DNA of 63,699 nucleotides, the filler included, from Octopus bimaculoides (Eukaryota), in NCBI RefSeq assembly GCF_001194135.2. It is 7 parts of 6 records of this genome, joined end to end, with 100 filler letters (N's around TTAATTAATTAA, not from the genome) between each part and the next. Parts side by side here need not be neighbours in the genome. Positions count along the whole stretch, not along the records: positions 27,841 to 49,546 come from NC_068985.1; positions 49,647 to 57,957 come from NC_068987.1; 5 more parts are not named here. One strand, 5' to 3'. Below the pieces are notes generated by a model that saw only the letters and a program-made list of their open reading frames with translations, was not told where the DNA came from and searched no databases. Of this stretch, positions 36,891 through 49,860 are shown one piece after another; the stretch's first letter is position 1; each line of letters opens with the position of its first letter. Made by a program: the position numbers and the translations under genes.

Positions 36891-37839
36891 TGTGGCAGTA
36901 ACTTCGAATCTTCGTAAGACTACTTTTTAGCAATAGCATATTTCCCATCCGCAGCACATTTGAAATCTATTATTTCAGGCAACTATTTTATGTTTTAAAG
37001 ACTCAAATGTTGGTGTCATATTTCTTCGGAGGTTCTCTCGTATTTCCTTAATCACACGTGTTTGTGTTCATTGTCAGCTAAATGGAAGGATTAACAAGTG
37101 TCACCTAAGGTGTTTTGTTTCTCTCACACTACGTAAAGTGTCTTAAGTGTTTTTTTTCAATAATGTTCCACTTCTAGTACCACAACTACCGCCATTAGCA
37201 TCACAGCATGTGTTCCACTCCCACTACTTTAATCACAGTAGCTCTCACCATCACTCATACTACAGCACTATCACAATCACCAAACTTCTCGTCATTACTG
37301 CTGTCAATAACACTGATGCTGTCGCCAATATCATTGCTATAATTAGCAATATTACGCTGTCTTTATGTTGTAACTATTGCTATTGCTAATAGCTCTTCTA
37401 CCACAACCACTACAGTTAAAATCTTCGCACAACGATCTCTCCATTTTTTCTTAATAACATTTTCCCCGCCACACCTTACAGCGACAACAACCCTCTCTGC
37501 CATCACCGCTACAACGAGTACCACCTCTGACTGCCTCTGTAATAGCATCACAACTATCATTGGTAAAGATAAAAATGATTATATTCATAACCGTTGTAAA
37601 TGACATTGACAATAACAATATGAACCAATAAGCACCACCACCACAACCAACAACAACAATCTCAGTGACAAGAATCAGTAACGTACCATCTCCGTAGTTG
37701 CTCAACGTGCTCGGTATAGCAGCCAAATTCCCATCAAATCACCTTCAGCCGTCATTACGTTAAACTAAAGGACACACTGGATAATGTAGCTCTAGAAATG
37801 AAACTAGATGAAAGCGCCTGAAACGCCTTTGATCTTTTG

Positions 37840-38010
37840 CTAAACCACAATATGTTGTACATTATTTACATCATTTACATTTGACGGATATTTGTTTTCA
37901 TCTTGTTTGTTGTTAACACAACGTTTCGGCTAATATACCCTCCAGCCTTCATCAGGTGTCTTGGGGAAATTTCGAACCTGGGTTCTCATTCCTAAGGTAT
38001 TTCTCGATGT
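37840..38010 (-). mobile_element. Penelope-like (pLTR/non-autonomous) fragment carrying a hammerhead
   Basis: Contains the hammerhead motif and abuts an (ATC)n(ATT)n tract. The PLE assignment is inferred from the ribozyme architecture. Confidence 0.45.
37915..37960 (-). ncRNA. Minimal type-I hammerhead ribozyme motif (Penelope-like element type), canonical core
   Basis: Minus strand reads GACAC CUGAUGA A GGCU-ggaggguauauu-AGCC GAA AC GUU GUGUU. Stem I is GACAC/GUGUU, stem II is GGCU/AGCC, stem III is the palindromic ACGU, and the NUH triplet is GUU. Confidence 0.7.
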
Positions 38011-38014
38011 TATT

Positions 38015-38090
<76 letters not shown>

Positions 38091-39150
38091 TCACTGCATG
38101 GAATCGAACTCGGAATCTTGGGGTTTGTAGCCATAGGATGAAAGCTAAAATTAGCCTCGGCAGGATTTGAACTCATAATTTACAAAGCTGGAATGAATAA
38201 CGCAGAAATTTTCTCTGACAGTTTAACGTTCTGCAAATTCACCGAATTGGGTGGTTTGTAGATTCGATAGAACATAGAACAAAATATCTTGTGTTATTAG
38301 CTCATATCCCTTTGCTTCGTTCTGAATTCAAATACCTCTCTAACCAATTATATCTTTCCCATCTCTCGAAATCGGTACCAGATTCAGAACTGAGGTCTGT
38401 GATCGACTAAAAGTATTGAAGGCGGTGCCCCAGATTGACTGCGGACTAAAATAATAAAAGGGTAGAAATTGAAATGAAAATAAAACCGACAAACTTCAGT
38501 TTCTTCCATTGACCATTCTATATAAAATTTTGTGACTGACAAAGTCAGAATTTCTAAGCGGTTGCTTTCGCAGCTAGAGCTAGCTCTCAAATATCCTTAC
38601 AAATGCACCTTATTGTCTTTAAGAATAGTAACATACCATATTTTTTAAGCATAAAGTACTGAGCTATCTGTATATTTGATTATGTCAGCTCGAGCGTGTA
38701 GACTCTTTGACTGAAGAACCACAATTTACAGTTCTTCGTCTCCATATATTAATATTAATACTGTACGTTCGACGTGTGCATATCTATATCTACACTGAAT
38801 CGTGGCAAGGTATGGACGGTTTTCGGAGTACCGAGGAAATTATGTGTAAATGGAGAACTCTACGAGGTATAGTACAATGCAAAATACCGAAAGGAACTTC
38901 ACCTCTTATATCGCACCTTTCTTCCTCCTTTAACGCCGATGTGATATAATTTCTTGGGAGAGAAATACTTTTGCGGCTGAAGATAGCTTTGTATTGTCAA
39001 TTATACACTGATATAAAGCTTGAAACACATGTACCGTAGAATCCTTTGTGTTTTTGTTGTTATTTTTTGCATTTANNNNNNNNNNNNNNNNNNNNNNNNN
39101 NNNNNNNNNNNNNNNNNNNNNNNNNNNNNNNNNNNNNNNNNNNNNNNNNN

Positions 39151-39198
<48 letters not shown>

Positions 39199-39493
39199 TA
39201 CATTCATACATACCTATACATGCTACATCTTTCAAACACACACACACATTCAGACACATATAATTCTTATACATATATACATACGTATATATATGTGCAT
39301 TGGTGTGCGTGCGTGCGTGCGTGCGTGTGTATCGATCAATCAGAACTGAAGTGCAAGTTTCATCGGTTGTAAATATGTTTGAAACCTCACTCACCCTTAT
39401 AAGTTTGAGGCACACAAGGCGCCATCGTTGGCTTCGTAGCTGAAAAGTACATTTAATGAGTCTCTGTTAACAATGAATATATACATACGTACA

Positions 39494-39552
<59 letters not shown>

Positions 39553-40181
39553 AAGCACACACATATGATGTATGCATGCATATAATCTGATTCGTATTTA
39601 TACGAGTTAAGTAAATATATACATTATAAATAGCTGTATAATGATAAACATAACTGGTGAAAAGAAAATAATTATAAATACCTGTCTTTTGAATACACCG
39701 AACATACACAATATATGTGGATTCACGAGAGAGAAAGAGAAAGAGAGAGAGAGGGGGGTACAGAGAGATAAAAAGCATTATAAAAAATTGATTATTTGGA
39801 AAGAAATTATAAATAATAGAGTGAAAATAATGAATGGTTTGTAAAATCAATTCTTCAAAGAAATGAATGAAATTATAAAGGACACTCATAATAAAAGCTC
39901 GTTTTCGTCTTCTTTTCTTTCTGTTTTTTTTTTTAAACTTCATTTTCTTCTGTCGAGACAAATTGTTTCAACGAATACGACAAACAATTATCGACAATTA
40001 CAGTAAATACTCCGAGATTTTTCCCTTCCCCTCATAACACTCCACAGACATCACGTGTTGTAAGATTTCATTCTTAAACTTTACTCTCCGCCAGACACCA
40101 ACTTGTCTTACAGATTTTTTTTTTCTGGTATCTTCCGATCTAGTGATGGCGAGAGTAACAGTAGTAGTAGTAGTAGTAGTA

Positions 40182-40248
<67 letters not shown>

Positions 40249-40654
40249 GTGATTCTATGTTTCTACTGCATCTCCTACTGTTTGAACGATGTTCATTAGC
40301 GTTCAAAAATATCCAGAGCTCTAATTTTTCTTTGAAAATAATATTTAGCTTTCTACGTAGCAGCTTCGACATCAGCTCTTATTAAACACCCCTCTGCTTT
40401 TCAATCAACCGGAAACAAGTCCGATTCTCACGACTATAAAACTTCTTTATTATAAAAGCAAAATTAGCAGTTGTTATTGTTTAACTCTTATCAAGCAGAA
40501 CATATTTTATAAAGCAGAACATATTTTATCAAGCAGAACACTCTTCCTTATGATTTCAGAGTGATTGGCTGCTATTTCTAATAGGTCGAACAACCACATA
40601 GAGACATCTTCGATTACTTTTTGATAACAGTTGTCTCTAGTGCTCAGTGATATA

Positions 40655-40972
40655 CAGTAATCCCTTGCCATATCGCGGTTCACTTATCGCGGTTCACCTA
40701 TCGCGTTTCACCTATCATGGTTCGCCTATCGCGTTTCATATATCGCGGTTCACCTATCGCGGTTCATCTATCACGGTTCACCTATCGCGGTTCATTATTT
40801 AAGCTTACGTCGATTCCTTTTTGGTGTTGTTTTGCGTTTATAATAAAATAAATATATACAAATTATAAAAATGATTTAAAGAATACAGTACAGTATTCTT
40901 TCTATTTCGCGGATTTTCACCCATCGTGGTGGGGTTTGGAACGTAAAACCCACGATAGTCGAGGGATTACCG
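40655..40972. mobile_element. Tigger/pogo-like MITE with TA TSD and an internal 9x14-bp tandem repeat
   Basis: TA|CAGTAATCCCTTG ... CGAGGGATTACCG|TA; TATCGCGGTTCACC repeated 9 times at 40671-40796. Confidence 0.8.
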
Positions 40973-41544
40973 TAATATTGTTTTATCTGCTTTTAATTCG
41001 TTATTGAATAAAAACTTACACAGTATTGCCGTTGAACGTCAGCAAATGGCCCTTGTATTTTTTCTGTAAGTTGTCGATCCGCTGCGGTTCTCAAGATAAG
41101 ACAAAAGAAACCCTAAAATGTTTTATCATTCCTGACATAAACGTACATTGATGTTGCATTTACGTGGTCGTTTGACCACGGAGAAGTAGCAAGTAAATTT
41201 CCTTTACATCACACATTAAAGAGTAAGTGGTCACTCATTAATAAGAATGGCTTAGTGACACGTACCATAGATTTGTTAATTCTTAGTTAACTATGATTCT
41301 ACTGCATCGTACAGCAGAAACAGCTGTAAGCTAGTCAAGCTCATAAGATAATTGTTTATTCCTTTGTCATTTCATTTTCTTGAACACACACACACACACA
41401 CTAGACACACAGGTTTAACCTTTCCCAAGCAACACAAGCAATTTGCCAGTGGCGATATTTCAAATGGAAACATTTCGTAATTTCTCGTTAAATAAATAGT
41501 TAATAGTATTTTGGAATATAATTCCACTGCTATTAAGAACTTAC

Positions 41545-41870
41545 TGTTTCAAGCTAATGTAAGATATAATTAAGAAAAAATAAAACAAAAAAAAAAGAAA
41601 GAATTAGTTGAGACCGCGAGTGAAGAATGCGAATGGAAGTTACAGCAGACAACTTCAGTTTTGGCGATAAAATGAACACAAAATAAAACAACCCAGCAAC
41701 AAAAGAACTGCCTTTTTTCAAGGACATGTTTGTTTTATCAAAAGTATTGACAACCACAAACTCAGAAGTCTTTTCATCATTTATGATAATAACAATTACA
41801 ACAACAGCACTTCTCAAATTCGTGACGCAACAAACTTCGCCATCTTAATCAACACTTGCCTCATAGCAAT
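41545..41870 (-). promoter_or_regulatory. Possible promoter or first non-coding exon of a minus-strand transcript
   Basis: GTGACGCAA and CGCCATCTT (YY1-type) motifs near 41822-41848, with a downstream GTAAGT donor at 41544-41539 on the minus strand. Confidence 0.2.
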
Positions 41871-44408
41871 AGAAACGAAATGCATTTCAGTATTGTCATT
41901 TGTTTATTTATTTCTATATTTACTCATATTTATTTAATTTGAGGAATTTTAAAAGAAAAGCAAAAATAAACTTACAAATTTTTTTGAAGTTATCTTTTGC
42001 AGGAGCCCAACACAGTTTGCAGTTTTATTGACAAATTAACTACATTATAACAGTATAGAGCAGATTTTGTTTTAGTTGAGGATTTCGCGTAGTGACGCCA
42101 TTTTATATCTTTTATCTTTCACATGTTTTGGCCATTGGACTGTGGCTATGGTGGGGCACCGCCTTGGAGGATTCAGTCTAACAATCAATCTTATTATGCT
42201 ATTCATTTTGCAAATCGGATATTTATTGTATCGGTTCTCTTACGGGTTCGTAAACAAACCAACACCGGTTTTCAAGCGGTGGTTATGAAGCAAACACAGG
42301 CGCAACGAAACTGTTGATATACTGATATACGATTTTATTCTACGCAGTTTCTGTCTATCAAATTCATTTATAAGGCATTGGTCTGCCCCGGAGCTATAGT
42401 AAAAGACATTTGCCAAGGTGCCATGCAGTGGAACTGAACCCGAAACCACGTAGTTGCAAAGTGATCTTCTTAATCTCACAGACATACCTGCACAGAAACT
42501 ATACATAAGCTGTAGAGATTTATACATAAGTAGTTGTTTTTGTTATTGAATTCTCTGTTGGCAATGGTTAAAACAAATCTGCAGCCAAAAGCGTTTAATC
42601 CATAATCGCCCCCAGTCATCGTGTATCTAATGTTATATAATTTAATTTAGTATTACTCTTTTACTCTTTTACTTGTTTCAGTCATTTGTCACAATCTTAT
42701 TTCTTTACTGCCCACAAGGGGCTACACACAGAGAGGACAAACAAGGACAGACAAAGGGATTAAGTCGATTACATCGAACCCAGTGCGTAACTGGTACTTA
42801 ATTTATCGACTCCTGAAAGGATGAAATGCGAAGTCGACCTCGGCGGAATTCGAACTCAGAACGTAACGGCAGACGAAATACCGCTAAGCAATTCGCCCGG
42901 CGTGCTAACGTTTCTGCCAGCTTGCTGCTTTGTCACATTCTGTTTCACGCTGAATCTCCCTGAGAAATACGTTACAGGTACGCATGTCTGTGGAGTGCTC
43001 AGCCACTTGCACGTTAATTTCACGAGCAGGCTATTCCGTTGATCGGATCAACTGAAACCTTCGTCGTAGTAACCGACGGAGAACCAGTTTATACGACAAT
43101 GGAATTATAAGCGTTTACTTGAATCAATATAATCCATCCAGTGTATTATTACTGCTATAATGGTTGTACGAGACAGATTTTGGTAGGAAGGGGTATTATG
43201 GTGAATTAAATTTAATTCAGTACATAATGGTACCAGATTTAATAGACCCCGGAAAGAGGAAAGATAAAGTTGACTGTTGTCTGACTTGAACTTACAACTT
43301 CAAGGTACATGACTAAATATATGCAAGCATTTTGTCCACTGGTCTTTCAATTCTGCCAAAGGACTACCCTTCAAGAATGCTTAATAATACAATAGATATA
43401 AATTTGTATATGGCTCTTTGCAACCAGAACCTCTAATTGATCGTTTTATCTGTGTAGAGAACTTCTATAGAAGACTACATCAAATGAACTTATATATGTA
43501 CGTACGTACGTATGTATGTTTGTATGTATGTATGTATGTATGTATGTATGTATGTATGTACGTATGTATTTGTGTGTGTATGTATATACATATATATGTA
43601 TATGTGTATATATGTATATGTGTATATATATATNNNNNNNNNNNNNNNNNNNNNNNNNNNNNNNNNNNNNNNNNNNNNNNNNNNNNNNNNNNNNNNNNNN
43701 NNNNNNNNNNNNNNNNNNNNNNNNNNNNNNNNNNNNNNNNNNNNNNNNNNNNNNNNNNNNNNNNNNNNNNNNNNNNNNNNNNNNNNNNNNNNNNNNNNNN
43801 NNNNNNNNNNNNNNNNNNNNNNNNNNNNNNNNNNNNNNNNNNNNNNNNNNNNNNNNNNNNNNNNNNNNNNNNNNNNNNNNNNNNNNNNNNNNNNNNNNNN
43901 NNNNNNNNNNNNNNNNNNNNNNNNNNNNNNNNNNNNNNNNNNNNNNNNNNNNNNNNNNNNNNNNNNNNNNNNNNNNNNNNNNNNNNNNNNNNNNNNNNNN
44001 NNNNNNNNNNNNNNNNNNNNNNNNNNNNNNNNNNNNNNNNNNNNNNNNNNNNNNNNNNNNNNNNNNNNNNNNNNNNNNNNNNNNNNNNNNNNNNNNNNNN
44101 NNNNNNNNNNNNNNNNNNNNNNNNNNNNNNNNNNNNNNNNNNNNNNNNNNNNNNNNNNNNNNNNNNNNNNNNNNNNNNNNNNNNNNNNNNNNNNNNNNNN
44201 NNNNNNNNNNNNNNNNNNNNNNNNNNNNNNNNNNNNNNNNNNNNNNNNNNNNNNNNNNNNNNNNNNNNNNNNNNNNNNNNNNNNNNNNNNNNNNNNNNNN
44301 NNNNNNNNNNNNNNNNNNNNNNNNNNNNNNNNNNNNNNNNNNNNNNNNNNNNNNNNNNNNNNNNNNNNNNNNNNNNNNNNNNNNNNNNNNNNNNNNNNNN
44401 NNNNNNNN

Positions 44409-44462
<54 letters not shown>

Positions 44463-46025
44463 GCAGATACATATGCATATACGTACGTAGTCATGTAGTA
44501 TGTGCATATGAATAATTTGTATGGTAGCATAATACAGAAATATGAAGACGTATATATATATTCATATCTATATATCTATACGCACATGAATTCGCATATA
44601 TACGTATATGTACACTGTATGTACGCGAGTGCAGTGAATAAAATTATCTGTATTTACTCAAGGACACTTTATAGCAATGAATTGATTTTCTTTATTTCAT
44701 CAGTAGGCCTCATATTCAGAGGGAGTTGGTGCGGGAATTTATAGCCGTTCAGAAGCAAAACAGTTTCGGACCTGAGATTCGTACTCAGATCATCTAGGAT
44801 TTAATTCTTCTGACATTCGACAGGTGCGTGGCTTAGTGGTTAGAGTGTTGCACTCACTATCGTTAGATTGTGGGTTCGATTTGCGGACGAGGAGGCGTGT
44901 TGTATTCTTTGAGCAAAACATTTCATTTCATGTTGTTGGCGCATCGACAGAGGTGCTTCACGGTATATCTTCCGGCTCTCTACATCCTGAGTACCCGTAA
45001 CTTAGCAGTTCGGAAAAAAGAGATCGATAGAATAAGTACTAGGCTTACAAAGAATAAGTCCTGGGGTCGATTTGCTCGACAAAGACGGTGCCTCAGGATA
45101 GCCACAGTCAAATGACTGAAACAATAAAAGAGTAAAAGAGAGAGTAAAAGAGTATATGTATATATATGTATATATGTATATATGTATATATATNNNNNNN
45201 NNNNNNNNNNNNNNNNNNNNNNNNNNNNNNNNNNNNNNNNNNNNNNNNNNNNNNNNNNNNNNNNNNNNNNNNNNNNNNNNNNNNNNNNNNNNNNNNNNNN
45301 NNNNNNNNNNNNNNNNNNNNNNNNNNNNNNNNNNNNNNNNNNNNNNNNNNNNNNNNNNNNNNNNNNNNNNNNNNNNNNNNNNNNNNNNNNNNNNNNNNNN
45401 NNNNNNNNNNNNNNNNNNNNNNNNNNNNNNNNNNNNNNNNNNNNNNNNNNNNNNNNNNNNNNNNNNNNNNNNNNNNNNNNNNNNNNNNNNNNNNNNNNNN
45501 NNNNNNNNNNNNNNNNNNNNNNNNNNNNNNNNNNNNNNNNNNNNNNNNNNNNNNNNNNNNNNNNNNNNNNNNNNNNNNNNNNNNNNNNNNNNNNNNNNNN
45601 NNNNNNNNNNNNNNNNNNNNNNNNNNNNNNNNNNNNNNNNNNNNNNNNNNNNNNNNNNNNNNNNNNNNNNNNNNNNNNNNNNNNNNNNNNNNNNNNNNNN
45701 NNNNNNNNNNNNNNNNNNNNNNNNNNNNNNNNNNNNNNNNNNNNNNNNNNNNNNNNNNNNNNNNNNNNNNNNNNNNNNNNNNNNNNNNNNNNNNNNNNNN
45801 NNNNNNNNNNNNNNNNNNNNNNNNNNNNNNNNNNNNNNAAAGACAACACGAAACCGGTTATTTCTCAAAATACAATGTTTATATACCAAAAAGATTTTAT
45901 AACATTTTTCTGACATAATTTAAATATATACTTTAACCATGTAACACAAGCCTTCTGTAGTTTTTTCACTCTTATTATCTTTTATACATTGAACCACTTG
46001 CTTTCACATACCAACTTTCTCACAC

Positions 46026-46092
<67 letters not shown>

Positions 46093-47683
46093 CACGCATA
46101 CATACGAACATATAATCGGTGTTTTTGTACAAAAAGAAAAAAGAAGGAAAATCTGCAATTAGTTGTACAAACAGTTAATTATGCAGACACAATTTTCAGC
46201 CACAATGTGTTGTCTGCTTCTGTCCAAAGCACGTATATAGTAGCTGCAGTTATATATCACACAATATACATAGCACTTATATACAGACTATGAAGGTTGA
46301 GTAGGTGCCTCTGTGTGTGTGTGTGTGTGTGTGTTTGAATATATTTACTTGGATACATATATCAATGCATAATTGCTCAGTTATCCATTAAATAAATATA
46401 TTCTCTTTTTTTTCTTTTTTATAATTCTTTAGATATTATATCGTCTTTTTTATCTAAACACTTGGAATGATTAACAACCAATTGCTTATCAATGATATTA
46501 ATTGCAGCGACGTTCAATGAAGTGGTTTTCAATCTGTCAAAATGCTAATAGCGTCGTTTCTCTTCACAGCCATATTTCCACTTCTACACAACAGCAAGCG
46601 TAGCTGTAGCACTAACGCCTTGATAACTTACTACCACCATTCTTATTGCTATCATCCCCACCACAACGGGAACAACACTCCAACTATGGCTACTATTACT
46701 ACCAAAACCTTGACTGGAAATTCTTTCCAGCCTGGTAACTCTCAGGATCTCATTAGCAGCTTAGTGTTAATAAGCTAATTTGCTTAGCTCTTCATTCGTA
46801 GAGGATTTACTTAAGTAATAGGAAATGATTTTGTTTTTATACCTTTTACATTTTCTTCTGTTTCTGCCATCGTTTATATCTGCAGAGAGTTCTTAGTGTT
46901 CATAAGTGTTCTTGTTATTAACGTTGCTGCTTATTTTTATTATTAGTAGACATAGAGCAATAATTTCCAGCTGAGCTAACCGGAAAGTCATTTCTAGTTC
47001 TGACTATTAGCTACCAAATAAGTTAGAAATTACATCGTAAGATCAGTTTACTTTGTCTCCTATGGGAGAAGGTTTTCTACTTCCTCTAAACAATTCTGTA
47101 TTCAAACACTTTGTGTCTAATACTATTTCCCAAATAATATCAAATTATCTGCAGTAACCACATATTGGCACGCATTCGTTGGCGTGTTGTACAGATATAT
47201 GGCCTTATTCACATACAACCACAAGTAATCACAAAGAAGCAAATGTGTATGAAAATGGGTCTCCCGCGTTTTAGACAATGAGCATTTAATTATTTTATAA
47301 ACACAACTATCTACTTATTACATTTGAATGTAAGTGAATGAATACCCTTCAGATATATGTACTCTTAATACAAACCTCAAGCAGAATCGGAGTTACACTA
47401 TGCGCGATAAGATGACACAATGGAGTTATAGGTATATTCCATCTGAAAATACCCCGTACAGTTTCTGCCAACTGAGTTTCATTCAGAATCCATAGATTTA
47501 CTAGAGATTATGTAAAAATAAAACACTTGCCTAAGATGTCAAGCAGTAGCATTGAACCTAAAACTTCATAACTGCGATGTCAATTTCTTAAGCATTCAGG
47601 TATGCCAACTTAAAATTACATCTGTTACTCACAAATAAATACACACACATACAATTTTGTATGTGCTCAAGGGAAGATAATCT

Positions 47684-48250
47684 GATTTGGCTTTTCTGGT
47701 TGATATCACCACACACCTTCCGGCCTTGAACCTCGCCCTACAAGGTAAGGACAAGCTCTGCTATGAATTGTACAGACAATGTCTGCCTTCATTGCCAGGT
47801 TTCGCCTTTGGAGGAACCAAATTTCACGTGGCACAACGGCTCATTTCCCCTCACATTCTGAACACAAGGACAACGGATCATATAATAATTACAATAGGAT
47901 CCTTAGTGACTTGACTGACGAATTTGAACCTCGCTTCGATGACATCAAGATTTCCTTGCTCTTGATTAAAACATTTTCAGCACCTGTGGGATAGATGCGG
48001 CCACCGCCCTTGAATTTGAATGGAGTTCCTAGACAGTCAGATATGGAGCTCACATCCGCATTTATGTTTAGTTAACTACTTAACTTCTGGACTCAAATCC
48101 TACAGAAGAAATATCCTAACTTTATTGTTAATGTAGTGAAAAATACTTCTATATTTGGTTCAACATATGCATGACGCTGCACTTTCCAGCACGCTGGTGG
48201 ATATCAAAACAATATTGCAACTGATTGACTGACCATCATGTCAATCAAGA
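47684..48250 (+). pseudogene. Decayed hAT (Charlie/SPIN, GTF2IRD2-like) transposase, C-terminal part
   Basis: Frameshifted translation gives DLAFLVDITTHLPALNLALQGKDKL / MSAFIARFRLWRNQISRG..AHFP / LSDLTDEFEPRFDDI / FW....KYP....SIFGSTY, matching hAT catalytic-to-dimerisation motifs. Confidence 0.75.
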
Positions 48251-49649
48251 TTTTTTCGTACTGCCTCTTCCACCACGTGCTCTTGTTTTGGCAAACAAGT
48301 TGAAAGTTAAAAGTAAAATCAATTTTCACATTAAATCCATCACTTAACTTTTTTTTGCTACGGTCTTTCCCCTATGGATATATTTTTTTTCTTTATTTGT
48401 CGTGTGTTTTACTTTCTTTTGGTGCAGCCTCCTAGAAAATTCCAGGCTTTGGATCTGGTCTGGATATTAAAATGTTTGAGATCCACTGGTCTAGGTATTT
48501 GGCCAACTTTACCAGCATTCATAACGTTAGGCAAGCAAATATACATTCGTGCTATAAACCGATAGTGATGAAACAGACTTAATCATTGGAACATTGCTGC
48601 TGTTGTTGTTGTTTATTTCAATGTTAGCCTTCCTGGAGAAGGTTTATGATGAAGGCGTTCGAACCATGACCATCCGTCTTTTTGCCTATCAGTAAGTACA
48701 TATAGTCAAATGTGCTCATTCGTTTTAAAGACAGTAAAGCGAAGTTTTGAAGAATATTCCCAGCTATTTGTTAGCAGAACGTATGACTAAATAAAGGCTC
48801 ACTACTTGTGGATTTTCTCAAGTTAGAGCGGTTGCAATTAGTGGTTGTATCCAGATGTTGGGCCTAAAAGTCAGTTGACATTTCGTGGTCGTTCATTACT
48901 GGAGTTTGTTCGGCCGACCGCTTAACTGCGGTGGCAGTCTCCCGCGACGCCATTCAGTTTATAATACAGTTAAATATCAGTAATCACCATTTGTTTGTAG
49001 AACATCGAGAAAGGTATGTTGCTATGTTGTCTTCTCTTTATCTCGGCGAATGTGATGTTTCTTAACGACAAAGCACCCTATGTTACCATACAACTTAAAA
49101 GTATATTGCAGTTTAATGAATTCAATTACGAAAACCCATCAATGCTAATCAGTTGACTTAGCATCAATAAACACACAGTAAGTGGAGATTTGTGAGGACT
49201 ATATACAACGAAAGTGGCTGTTAGATTTCTTTTATATGTAATCTTTTATTGTTCTTTTTTTTTATTTGCTTTGCTTTATTTAGCTGTGCTGTTTGTTAGA
49301 AACTTTGGAATGCTTTTCCGAGGCACTTTTAGGCCGTAAAAGACGGTAATTTCAGTATTAAGAGACTAATTAGATTTGTTGGCAAAGAAATCAACGCCAG
49401 TTCATTGTTGTCTTGCAACGGCGTGCATATAAATAGTGAGGTGTATGTTATATTATAATGTTAGCAGACACGTTGATGTTTTTTCGAAGATCCTTGGTAA
49501 TGTGTTGTTTTAAGAAAGTTACTACAGCTTTTGATCAGATATTTACNNNNNNNNNNNNNNNNNNNNNNNNNNNNNNNNNNNNNNNNNNNNTTAATTAATT
49601 AANNNNNNNNNNNNNNNNNNNNNNNNNNNNNNNNNNNNNNNNNNNNCAA

Positions 49650-49860
49650 TATACCACGACGTCTAAAAAACTTTTGAACTTTTCCACTTTTGTAAACCTC
49701 CTTTATCATCCTTTTTTCTCCTTGTCTCCGTATTCTTTCTGTTGAAGAGCGTAGCTCGAAACGTCAAAGACTTTCCGTATTCCCGAGCGTCATACTAATA
49801 TATACTTTTGTTATTTACACCACCTGTCCTCGTCTGTTGTTATTATTTGTATATTCTCCC
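49650..49860 (+). mobile_element. Penelope-like non-autonomous fragment (second family) ending in (AT)n; a further copy lies at about 23700-23795
   Basis: Two homologous copies in the window share the hammerhead and about 35 nt of downstream sequence. Confidence 0.45.
49734..49770 (+). ncRNA. Minimal hammerhead ribozyme motif, non-canonical core CUGUUGA (A6U)
   Basis: UCUUU CUGUUGA A GAGC-gua-GCUC GAA AC GUC AAAGA: perfect 5-bp stem I, 4-bp stem II, palindromic ACGU stem III, GUC cleavage triplet. Confidence 0.6.
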
